DNA of 62,000 bases from assembly GCF_004010195.1 (NCBI RefSeq), contig NC_057750.1, forward strand, positions 16,369,241 to 16,431,240, written 5' to 3'. Of this stretch, positions 12,184 to 23,302 are shown piece by piece; the first letter of the stretch is position 1; each line of letters starts with the position of its first letter. Under the pieces are notes generated by a model. That model was not told the origin of the DNA. It was given only the letters and a program-made list of their open reading frames with translations, and searched no databases. Made by a program: the position numbers and the translations under genes. Origin of the DNA: Chiloscyllium plagiosum (Eukaryota).

Positions 12184-14627
12184 TTCCAGCTCTCTTCTAT
12201 AAGTTAGTCAATCCCTTATCCATGCTAATATACGACCCCAACACCATGACTCTTATTTTATACCTATTAGTTCCCCTTTGCCTATCCTGCTTGTTTATCT
12301 CCTCAAATAACTGTAATACACTTGTTAGGAATGATTTCCCTTTCACGAATCTACGCTGAATCTGCTTGTTAATCATATGCCTTTCTAAATGCTCTGCTAT
12401 TACCTTGAGATCTTTCCAGAATCCCAGAAGATTCCTGGAAAGTTACTACCAGTATACCCATTATCTTTATAGCGACTTATTTTAATATCCTAGAATAGAA
12501 ACCATCAGGTCCAAAGGACTTATTGGTCTTTACCCGAATTAGCGTCCCTAGTTCTTTTACTCTAGTGAGAATTATTGTAGATATTTCCTCCCCTTTAGCC
12601 CCTTTGAAATTTAGTATCACTGGAATGCTATTCATGTCCTCTACCATGAAGATTAATGCAAAGCAGTTATTCAACTCTAATGTCATTTCCTATTTCCCAT
12701 TATTCCCCATCCATCCTCAATCTCTATTGGTCTATTTTCACTATGACCTTTCTCTTCTATTATATATATATAATCTCTTGCTGTCCGTTTTTATGTTAGT
12801 TGCTTGTGTATCCTGATAGATTATTTTCTCCCTTTTTGGGGTCATTTTTTGTTAACTTTCAAAACTTTCCAAATCCTCTGCTTTAGTACAAATCTTTTTC
12901 ATTTTGCACATTTTAAAAAAATTTGATATGATTCTTAACTTCCTTGGTTAACCATGGTTGATTATCCCCTTTCTAGAATCCTTCTCGTTCACTGGGATAT
13001 ATTTTTTCTGTAGTCATGACGTATTTTCTTAAACATCTGTCTTTGTTCCTCAATCTTTTTTTTCTGCTAAATTTCTTTTCCAGACCATTCCAACCAACTC
13101 TGCCCTCATTCCTTTTCTATTATCCTTATTTAAGTTTAACGCAATTGTTTCCAATTTGCAAACTGAATGCTAAATTCAACAATGTTATGGCTACTATTCC
13201 AGAGATCACTTGCTTGCAATACCACCCCATCCTTTTGCTTTGTAATCCTACATAACCTCTACCCACCTCTAATTAGTTTAGAGCCCTCTCTACAGCACTA
13301 GTTAGTCAATTCTCCAGGACACTAGACCCAGCACAGTTCAAGTGAAACCCATCCAACTGGAATAACTTTCTTCTATCCCAGTACAGGTGCCTGGCCCATT
13401 CCATCCACACCAATCTTTAAGCCATTCATTTAACTCCTTGATTTTTTTAAATATCCTAAATTAGTTTGCCCCTGGCTCAGGCAGTAATCCAGAGATTATC
13501 ACCTTGGAGTTTCTGCTTAACTCCAAATCTTTCACCAGAACCTCCTTTCTAATCCTATCAATGTCTATAGCACCAACATAGATGACAATACCTGGATTCC
13601 TCCCTCCCTCTCTCTCCAGCTTCCTCTCCAGTCCTGAGGTGATATCCCTAACACTGGCACCAGCTGGGCAAAACAGCTTGTGGGACTCATGCTCATGGCT
13701 GCAGAGAACTGTACCTATCCCATACTTAAATTGTTCCTTCCGCTGTTACTTTCCTATATCCTCCCCAACTTGAATAGCTCCCTGTACTGTGGTGTTGTGG
13801 TCAGTTCACTCATCCTTCTTACAGATCCCACTCTCGCTCACACAGTTCACAATAACATTGTGACTTTGGTTAATGGCAGGGCTTAGAGGGTCCTCAAGAG
13901 CTGACCCTTGGGTCTACATACCTGCCTCACTTACAATCACACACATAGCAGTAATGTCATGGATTGTTCTTCTGGGGACCTGGCTCAAATGCACCATTAA
14001 ATGCCCTAGCTAGATCACCCCTCAATTTGCCAATTTAGTAGCCATTTAGGAACGTTAACATTGAGCCTCTGTACCATTCAGCTGAGTAGGGTCAGGATTC
14101 AGGCCTAGACTTTACAATTCTGGTTGATAGTATTTCACCATATACGTGGAGATATTCACTGATAATTGTAGAGTATTCAGCACCATTTGCTACTCCTCAG
14201 ATACTGAAGTAGTCCATTTCCAAGTTCAGCAAGACCTAAACAATATCCAGGCTTGGGCTGACGAGTAGCAAGTAACATTCATGCCACACAAGAGCCAGGC
14301 AATAACTATCTCCCACAAATGGAATCTAATCATTGTCCCTTGATAATCAATAGCATTATAACTGCTGAATACCCCAATATCAACATGGGAGAGGGGGGCG
14401 GTGGTGTTGTGGTTACCACTGACCAGAAACAATTGGACTAGCTATATAAATAGGCTGCAGTAGATGGTCAGAGAAATCCTGCAGTAAGTCACTCACTACC
14501 TTATTTCTCAAAGCCTGTCCATCATCTACACGGAGCAGGTTTGGAGTGATGCAATAATCCCCACTTGCCTGGATAAGGTGCAGTTCCAACAACACACAAG
14601 AAGCTTGACACCATCCAGGACAAAGCA

Positions 14628-14753
14628 AAAATCACACAACACCAGGTTATAGTCCAACAGGTTTAATTGGAAGCACTAGCTTTCGGAGCGACGCTCCATG
14701 TTGTGTGATTTTTAACTTTGTACACCTCAGTCCAACACCGGGCATCTCCAAAT
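14628..14753. mobile_element. PLE mini-element, family B
   Basis: TSD CAGGACAAAGCA at 14616-27 and 14754-65; minus strand GGAGC-GTC-GCTCC-GAAAGCTA-GTG, truncated before CTGATGA. Confidence 0.85.
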
Positions 14754-15026
14754 CAGGACAAAGCAGACCACTTGACTGGCACTGCACCCACAAACATTTG
14801 CTCCCTCCACCACTGATGCTGAATAGCTGCAGTGTGCATCATCTATAAAATGCACTGCAGAAATTCACCAAGGCTCCTTAGACAGTACTTTCCAAACTCA
14901 TTATCTCTTCCATCAAGAAGCAAAAGAGCAGCAGATACATGGGAACACCATCGCATGCAAGTTCCCCTCCAAGCTGCTCACCATCACAACCTGGAAATAT
15001 ATCACTGTTCCTTCAGTGCCATTATG

Positions 15027-15234
15027 TGAAGGAGCTGGTGATGGACTAGGATGGACAAAGTTAAAATTACACAATGCCAACCTATATTTGTTGTAGGTTT
15101 GTTCAATGTATCATTTCAGCTGCATGACACTGGAATCTATTGCTATGAAGCCTGTGTCTTATGATCCTGCTTCACAACCACCTGATGAAGCAGTGCTTCG
15201 AAAAATAATGCCTCCAAATAAATCTGTTGAACTG
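15027..15234 (+). mobile_element. PLE mini-element, family B, older
   Basis: Imperfect TSD tcagtgccattatg/tcagtgtcattgtg; ccacCTGATGAAG...cttcGAAA with a stem II deletion. Confidence 0.7.
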
Positions 15235-16189
15235 TCAGTGTCATTGTGACAAGATCCTGGAACTCTCTCCCTCACAGGTCTGTGAGTGTAGCTACATCAT
15301 GGACTGCAATGGTTCAAGAAGGTGGATCACCACCATCTTTTCGAGGGACCGTTATGGATGGGTGACAATTGCTGGTCTGTTTAATGATATCTGCACCCTG
15401 TGGAAAAAAAAGAAAGTTGGATTGCCTGCTAATCTACACTATTGATGCTTACATATGACTGGTATCTAATTCATTCGTTGCACTGGAGATCCTGTGGAGC
15501 CATACCTGAGTCAGGGATTAACACATTTATCAGAAAGTCAGGGAACAAGGAATAATATGAACAGCAGCTCTGAGAGGGCAGTAGAACTGCCCTTTGGTTC
15601 TGAACTGCTGTGGGAGCTGTAGCGAGCAAGGGAAGGAAGTATACTTGCTCTCTGCTATATGTGTACAAGGGGTCATACAGGAGAAAATAATACAACCTTG
15701 GCTTCACGTGACATCAGTGTTCAAACATTCACCCCTGAGCAGGCATGTTCCCAGAGATCACATGGGCAGAATGACTTATGTTGAATAGCAGAGGTGCATC
15801 TGTTTGAACTTTTACCCTCCCTGAGGTCACGGATGGGATTTTAATGGGGTTTTTTTGTGTTGTGTTGTGTTGTGTTGAACGAAGGCAACCCTTAGGTCAG
15901 GAGGGAGAAATAATACTGAAAGTAAAAATTCCAAACTTCTCTCGTTTTCTAAAAATAACTGCCTCCCCACCCCCGAATGGTCCAGCTGCTGATCTGTACA
16001 TTGTTCATTTGAAATGCAAGAAAATCCTTGAGAATTTCAGCATCAATGTCAGTACAATTTGCTTTACATTCTTTTTTACTGTGTTATGATTCAAGACTAG
16101 GAAATGGTGCAGGATTATTACCACAATATGCAGCGTTCATAACAACAGTGAGAAGTATATCAGCAGACTTTCAATGCCATAAGCAGGTG

Positions 16190-17880
16190 AAATGTCCAGT
16201 TCCCTGGCAGATTGAATGAACACAAAGATTGAAGCGATGCATTTGGTGAGAGGAATAAGGCTTTATAAACTAAGTGGTACAATTTTAAAAGAAGTACGAG
16301 ACAGAGATATTTCAGGGTTAACACATGTGAATCTTTGAAGGTGGCAGAATAAGTCAATACGACTGTTTAAAAGAAAACACTTGGGATATTTGACTTTATA
16401 AATAGAGGCATGAAATACAACAAGGAGGAAGTTCTGCTGAAACTTTATAAATCACTGGCTGGGCTCAGGAGGAGGATTGCCCCTGGTTTAAGACAAAGCA
16501 CTTTATGAAGAATGTCAAGACTTTGGAGAAAGTGTGCAGAAGAGATTTATTACAATCTGACCAAGGATTGAGGCACTTCATTTACCTTGAGAGATTAGAG
16601 AAAATTGTGCTAGTTGACTTTTGGAAGGTGACAGTGAGCTGCTTTTCTGAACGCCTTCAGTCCTTGGGGTGTAGACACAGCCACAATGCTGTTAGGGAGG
16701 CAATTCCAGGCTTTTACCCAGCAATCTTTAAGGAATGGTGATAAGTTTTGAGTCCAGATGGCGTATGGCTCAGAGAGAAACTTGCAAGTGGTGGTGTTCC
16801 TATGTATCTGCTTGCCCTCGTTCTTCTGGTGTTATTGTCCTCAGAGCAAAGGACTTTGAAATGGAAATTTTATAGCAGTGTTCAAAATTATAAAGGATTA
16901 TGAATAGAGTAAACAAGGAGGAACTGTTCTCACTGACAGGAGGGCCAGTAACCTGAGGACACAGATTTCTAACACTTGGTAAAAAGGCCTGGAGGTTGGT
17001 GGGGCAGGGGTTGGAGTGGAGATTTGGAGGTTTATTTTCACGTAGCTAGTTGTTATAGGCTCTACCTGAAAAAAATGAATGGAGTTAATCCAATCAAAAG
17101 TCCTTGTGCACATACCCCTACCAAAGCTAACATGGTCTTCCTGCTGTGCATGTGTGACTTTCCAGACTTTAAAAGTACAATTAATTGCAGGTTTGTTTTA
17201 AAAGCACTTTCCACAATCTTAGATTCATAGAGATTTACAATATGCAAGGAGGTCAATCGACCCATAATATCTGTATTCGAAAGGGCTACCCTACCCCTCT
17301 CCTGCCCTAACTCAGTAACCTTCTAATTCATCCCCTCCACATTGGTATCCAGCTCTCTTTTGAAACCTCCTATGGAATCTGTCTCCACCAGTCTCCCAGG
17401 CAGCAACTCCAAACCTAACAACTCTCTGAGTAAAGAAGGTTCTCTTCATCTCTCTCCTAGCTCTTTTGCTGACAATCTAAAAGTTGTGACTTTTCTTGTC
17501 AAAATTGTTCAGAATTTCCAACTCCTCAATAAAGTCACCTGTTAATCTTCTCTGCTCCAAGGAGGATAAGCCCAATCTCGCTAATCTTTCCTTGTATCTA
17601 AACTCCTTCATTCTTGGGATCATTCCAGTAAACCTCCTTTGAACTCTCTCCAGGGCTTTAACATCCTTCCTTATATAAGGTGCCCAGACTGAACACAATA
17701 CTCCAAATATGGTCTGACCAATGATTTATAGAGGTGCAGCGTCACTTCCTCGTTTTTGTATTTTGTGCCTGTATTTATAAACCCAAGGATCCTATAAGCC
17801 TTTGAAACAACTGCTTCAACTTGCCTGGTCACCTTCATGGAATCATGTACATGAACCCTGAGGGCCCTCTGTTTCTGCAC
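16190..17880. mobile_element. Two CR1 3' fragments (+ 16190-17100; - 17225-17880)
   Basis: ORFs 17477 and 17671: KDVKALERVQRRFTGMIPRM, LYKSLVRPYLEYCVQ. Confidence 0.8.
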
Positions 17881-18070
17881 TCCCCCCTTGGTGTACTCAC
17901 TTTTGTAACAGAGGAAATACAGCAGCCAATCTGCACATAACAAGCTCCCACAAAGAGCAATGCTTTAACAATGTAACAATGACATGATAATCTGCTTCTT
18001 TAGGATAGTCGTTGAGGAATAAATAGTGTAAAGGAGACCAGAGGGAACGCCTGTTCTCGTCTACCAAATA

Positions 18071-20027
18071 CAGCCTGTTCTGCTTTAACGCATTAGTTCC
18101 AACCTCGTGTTCTAGAAAATCACGTAATAGAAATAACGAGGAAAACGGAGTTGGGACAGACCATCAATAATATCAGTATAAATTGAAACAAAAATAATAG
18201 TTACCCTAACAGAAATGATCACACAGACTAAGTAATTTTTAAAATTATACATTTAATGAAATAACACAGTAAATGGCGGCACGGTGGCACAGTGGTTAGC
18301 ACTGCTGCCTCACAGCGCCAGAGACCCGGGTTCAATTCCTGCCTCAGGCGACTGACTGTCTGGAGTTTGCACATTCTCCCCGTGTCTGCGTGGGTTTCCT
18401 CCGGGTGCTCCGGTTTCCTCCCACAGTCCAAAAATGTGCAGGTCAGGTGAATTGGCCATGCTAAATTGCCCGTAGTGTTAGTTGCAGGGGTAAATGTAGG
18501 GGAATGAGTCTGGGTGGGTTGCGCTTCGGCGGGTCGGTGTGGACTTGTTGGGCTGAAGGGCCTGTTTCCACACTGCAATCTAATCTAATCTAATCTAATC
18601 TAAATTTAACACTTTAATGGGTTTCTGAGTTTGCTGAGTTCCAGTACAGAACTGTATTAAGACAGGGACTGAGGGTCATCATCAGCATCATCCTTAATTT
18701 CAGGTGCAGTTCTGGATGTAGGGTTACGAAGAAAGTGGATGGTTGTGGTTCATTGTCCTCAGACTGTTTCTTGGGAGTTGGCTTAAAAAGGCATCTAGTT
18801 TTTACTGCTTTGCCATCTTTCTTCTTTCATGAAGAAGCTGTTCATAGGCTGTCAGATAAGACTTTATGCCATGACCTGCTTTCCTGCTGCGTTCTGTATT
18901 GTAGTCATTGACTTTGAAGAGCTGCAACTGCTTCTCAACTTCCCTCAGAGCAACAGACAAACGAGGAGTGGAAAGTTCTCATGGTGCTGCATCCTGGACT
19001 TCATCGTCTTCATCTCAAACTACAATTTACCCCACAGCAACAAGCTGTTGTTGATCAGCTATGGAGAGATCTTCACAATGGGACTCAAGCAGCTCCTCGA
19101 CATCCTTTAAAAGCTGCTATTGCACTCTGATCCATGGGTTGAATGAGAGAGGCTGTGTTTGGAGGTAAAAGTAGCACTTTGCTGTTTTCAGAAAGCTCAC
19201 CAATGGTGGGAGGACGGCTTGGCACATTGTCCAGAATGAGGAGAATCGTGAAATCCAAATTTGTTCTCCTGCAATAATTTCTAAAATAAATCCACAAAAA
19301 CATCAACAATAAGGTCAGAAAAAAATTTGCCCTATCATCTAACCTTTTTTGCATGACCTGAAGTAAACCCCTAGAGTGGGACATAAGATAAACCATTCAG
19401 GGCTCACAGGTTGGAAGAGTGCTACACTAACACAGGCTTAAGCTTTACGTCTCCACTAGCATTGGCATCCAACAACAATCATACAATCCTTAACGACCTT
19501 AAAACCTGGAGCATGTGCATCATTCTTAGAAATGTAGTTTCTGAATAGAATTTGGTTCCAGAATAAACCTGTCACATCAAAATTGAAGATTTGATCTAAG
19601 GTGTAGCCTTCTTTTTCAATCAACTTTTTTCACCACGGGAGGAAATGACAGCGCACATTCCCCACCTACACTGGCAGCTTCACCACACTTCACGTTATGA
19701 AAATCAAAGTGGCTCTTAAATTCAGCAAACCAGTCACTGGAGGAGGCAGGCACATCAACAGCACTTTCAGCTTTTCCCTTAGGTCTTTATAAATTGACAA
19801 AGCTTTCTGATTTATGGTGAGAAAGGTGGTCCCAGATCGCTTATTTGATTGATCTTCTATCCACACATTTGGAAGCCACTCCATCTCCTCAAGTTCCTTT
19901 GTTCATGATCTCACAGAATTGTGTAATAGCCAATGGGAATTTGCGTTTTAAAAAACTTTCCCCAATTCACCAATCACGTTACAGCCAAATCGCGTTGACA
20001 AAATGCGCATTATAAGAGAACAACCTG
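18071..20027 (-). mobile_element. Full-length decayed Tigger (pogo-family) DNA transposon
   Basis: TA|CAGCCTGTTCT... and ...AGAACAACCTG|TA imperfect TIRs with TA TSD; HTH-like WIEDQSNKR..TINQKALSIY; GYTLDQIFNFDVTGLFW (about 19560-19610); LLILDNVPSRP..LLPPNTASLIQPMDQSAIAAFK. Confidence 0.9.
18275..18603 (+). mobile_element. Young HE1/V-SINE inserted in the Tigger
   Basis: tRNA-like head (TGGCACAGTGG A-box, GGTTCAATTCC B-box), retained CpGs, (TAATC)n tail. Confidence 0.93.
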
Positions 20028-20661
20028 TAATGTCATCAGATCTTTTATGACCATCGGAGACAGAAGACTGGAGCCCAGGTTTAAGGTTTGATCTGAATGA
20101 TAACACTTAAGGTTGTGCAGATAGCTTCTGAGTGCGACACTGAAGTGTGCAACAATGACAGCACCTTGCTGCATTGATATAGTATCTTTAGTATTGGAAA
20201 CCTATCCAAAGAGTTTGGCACTTGGATTGACCATCAGGAGTGTGAACATTGCCTCTGAGCCCCCGGTTTAAAAAAACCTAACTCACACTGTGCAGTGAAA
20301 TTATTCTCACACAGACCCACTGCCACTTCAATGGGTGTCCATAGACTGTATTTCCAAATGAACATTGGTGGCACCAGTGTCAGATCTATGCCCTGTTTGA
20401 TGATCCTGAACCTGCACATATGGTCAGTGCACCCTCTGGTGCCACCTCCTTTTGTGGACTAGCGTGATTTATTTCCTCACCTCTAACCCCACCATCAGTC
20501 TTCTGGGACTGTTTGCTCGTGTAGGGTGACCACTGTTGGAGGCCAAACAACCAGACACTAAAGCAGCAACACAGGGATATAAACATCATTGTCCAAGGCA
20601 AGACAAGGTGATATTATCATCACAGCTACTCAACCACACCAATGAGCCATTCAAGAGGGCA

Positions 20662-21385
20662 TTGTGTGAGGGTGAGTGTGTAAGGCTGGGTGTGTGTTTG
20701 TGCTGGTAAGTGACTGTGTAGGGGTGAGAGTGTAAGGCTATTGAATGAAGTCGTATGTGTGGTTAAGTGAATGTGTAAGTGTGAGTGTAAGGCTGTTGTA
20801 TGAGGCTGTTTGTGCATGGGTAAGTGAGTGTGTGAGAGTGAGTGTGTAAGGCTAAGTGTATGAGGGTGTGTGTTTGTGCAGGTAAGTGAGTGTGAGGGTG
20901 AGTGTGTAAAGCTGTGTGTATGATGGTGTGTGTGCGGGTAAGTGAGTGTGNNNNNNNNNNNNNNNNNNNNNNNNNNNNNNNNNNNNNNNNNNNNNNNNNN
21001 NNNNNNNNNNNNNNNNNNNNNNNNNNNNNNNNNNNNNNNNNNNNNNNNNNNNNNNNNNNNNNNNNNNNNNNNNNNNNNNNNNNNNNNNNNNNNNNNNNNN
21101 NGGCTGTGTGTACGAGGGTGTGTGTTTGTGCGAGTAAGTGAGTGTGTAAGGTTGTTGTATGAGGCTGTTTATGCATGGGTAAGTGAGTATGTGAAGGTGA
21201 ATGTGTAAGGCTGTGTGTATGAGGGTGTGTGTTTGTGCTGGTAAGTGAGTGTGTGAGGGTTAGTAAAGGAGGGTGAGTGTGTAAGGCTGTGTATATGAGG
21301 CTGCGTGTGGGTAAGTGAGTGCGTGAGGGTGAGTGTGTGGGGGGCTGTGTGTGTGTGGGTAAGTGAGGGTGAATGAGTGAGGGTG
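20662..21385. repeat. GT-rich degenerate tandem repeat (gtaagtgagtgtgt/aggctgtgtgt units) spanning a gap
   Basis: Visible recurring units on both sides of the N run. Confidence 0.9.
20951..21101. other. Assembly gap (151 N)
   Basis: Run of n. Confidence 1.
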
Positions 21386-21819
21386 ACTGAGCTTGCACAC
21401 TGCTTGACTTCCCATTTTCCCAGCCCTCTGCAGGATCCAGGATTAATGCCGGCAGTTTAGTTGAAGAAACTGTGAGAAAGCAGATCGACAGGAAGCGATG
21501 TACAAACACTGACAATAACATGGGCCCTAGTGAGATTTCTGGCTCAGCCGCGATAAAGGAGTATTCAGTCGCTCTGAAATAACGACTGGATGTGTGAAAA
21601 GGTCAGGCCATAGAGACGAAAGTTTTCTGTTGCTTTTGTTTCAAGTTTATAAACAGATTTTGTATATTCACCCAGTTACTTTTTTTAAAATCTCCAGAAT
21701 TGTTTCGTTTATTTTTTCTCTTACCCAACCCTGCATCTTCCCCTCTTTCCCAGCAAAATTCCTCCTGTGGGATCGTTAAAGGGTCAGTATCCACCTCTGT
21801 TCTCCCCTGCACTCACTAA

Positions 21820-22980
21820 GTCCACTGATTCCCGCCCTCTGTCACACAGACTGACTCCACCCCTTGCCCGAGCTCATCGGCTGCCGAAGCCCTCAATTGC
21901 ACCCATCTCAGTCTTGGCCGGCCTCCTACATTCTACCCTCGACAGCCTTGAGGTCATCCAATACTTTGCTGCCATGTCCAAACTAAATGCCACCCACTAC
22001 AGCCCCAGTCCACACTGACCAACATTTGCCTCTGATTTTGGCAACAACTTGATTTTAAAATACTTATCTTTTATGTGATTTTTTCCATTTTATTCATTCA
22101 TGCCAAATAGGTGTGGCTGGATAGGTGAATATTTATTGCCCATCCCTAATTGCCCAGATTCAATTGTATCGCTGTGGGTCTGAAATCACATGTAGGCCAG
22201 ACCAGGTAAGGACGGGAGTTTCCTTCCCGAAAGGACATTAATGAACCAAGTGGGTTTTTCCCGACAATCAATAATGGATTCATGGTCATCACTGGACTCT
22301 TAATTCAGGACTTTTATTGAATTCATATTCTACCATTTGCCACGGCGGGACTTGAACCTCAGTCCTCAGAACGTTACCTGGGTTTCTAGATTAACAAAAC
22401 AAAAACTGAAAGAATTGCGGATGCTGTAAATCAGAAATGAAAATAGAGATGACTGGAAAGGCTCAACAGGTCTGGCAGCATCTGTGCAGAGAAATCAGAG
22501 ACCTCTCCTCAGAACTTGGTTCTGAAGTAGGGTCACTCAACCTGAAATGTTAACTCTGATTCTTCTGCACAGATGCTGCACTTTTCCAGCAATCTCTATT
22601 TTTGTCTCTAGATAAACAGTCTCATGATAATACCACAAAGCCAGCACCTCCCTCTAGGTTCATATCCCCCTGGTGATCTTGCCCACCTCTCTCTACTCTG
22701 TAAACCTCTCCAATCCCATCCCCCACACTTGATCCTCCAGGATTTCTACTCTCCTCAACTATTGACCTCATGCACATCCTCAATTTTAATCACTCCAATC
22801 ATTGATGCCTGTGCCTTCACCACCTGAGCTGCAAACTCAAGATTTCTCTCAGTAAAGCTCACTAACTCTCCAATGTGCTCCTCAAGACCAACTTCTTTGA
22901 CCAGGTTTTTGGTCATCCATAACTAATATTTCCTCATGGAGTTATAAACACCTGGGCAAGACAGTAATACTGCTACATTA
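21820..22980 (+). mobile_element. L2-like 3' fragments interrupted by a SINE (-; about 22090-22640) and a PLE mini-element
   Basis: Pyrimidine-rich L2-like tail; similar minus-strand pieces near 6550, 7730 and 23800; the SINE matches 59560. Confidence 0.55.
22397..22606. mobile_element. PLE mini-element, family C (inverted arms)
   Basis: TSD TCTAGAT(T/A)AACA at 22385-96 and 22607-18; gttCTGAAGTAGGGTCactcAACCTGAAATGTTaac. Confidence 0.85.
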
Positions 22981-23117
22981 CAAATATAAGTTGTTGTTAG
23001 TAAGCATTAGGAACTGGAATTCTGACTGACATTTTGTCTGTAGTTTACCCCAAGGGACATTAAATAAGACTCTGGCTGATAGTTATCACTAAAACTAATA
23101 AATTGGACATTTATCAC

Positions 23118-23302
23118 GCCACTGGGCAAAAGTGAGGACTGCAGATGCTGAAAATTCAGAGTCTAGATTAGAGTGGTGCTGGAAAAGCACGGCAGGTCAG
23201 GCAGCATCTGAGGAGCAGTCCTGATGAAGAGCTTTTGCCCGAAACGTCAAGTTTCCTGCTCCTCGGATGCTGCCTGACCTGCTGTGCTTTTTCAGCACCA
23301 CT
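23118..23302. mobile_element. PLE mini-element, family A (inverted arms)
   Basis: TSD CATTTATCAC at 23108-17 and 23303-12; the arms invert immediately 5' of the hammerhead core. Confidence 0.88.
23221..23248 (+). ncRNA. Minimal hammerhead ribozyme motif, family A
   Basis: CTGATGA-A-GAGC-TTTT-GCCC-GAAAC-GTC; core intact, one mismatch in stem II, stem I decayed. Confidence 0.7.

Larger units (their letters stand above)
9060..13940 (-). mobile_element. Long decayed CR1 (ORF1 to 3' tail), split by a second CR1
   Basis: RT C-terminal ORF 9175-9624 (LEAIQRRFTRL), GSVLGPQLFTIYINDMD (9968-10156), KTNKSFGPDGFYSRILK (12477-12686); ORF1-like sequence at 13270-13720; colinear across 10097/12184. Confidence 0.85.
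14150..15410 (+). mobile_element. Second CR1-like LINE family, 3' part
   Basis: aacaatatccaggcttgggctgacgagtagcaagtaacattc and ggactgcaatggttcaagaagg recur at 24240, 28680-29790(-), 51370-52430, 53580(-), 57500-58790(-). Confidence 0.8.

Noticed and set aside
18275..18345. tRNA-like sequence (also 58001 and 59560)
   Set aside because: SINE heads continuing into SINE body and tail; not standalone tRNA genes.
18228..18578. ORFs CGRKPEHPEETHADTGR (also 57795-58157)
   Set aside because: Antisense translations of HE1 SINEs.
20763..21521. 252-aa His/Thr-rich ORF
   Set aside because: Translation of a GT-rich repeat running through an N gap.
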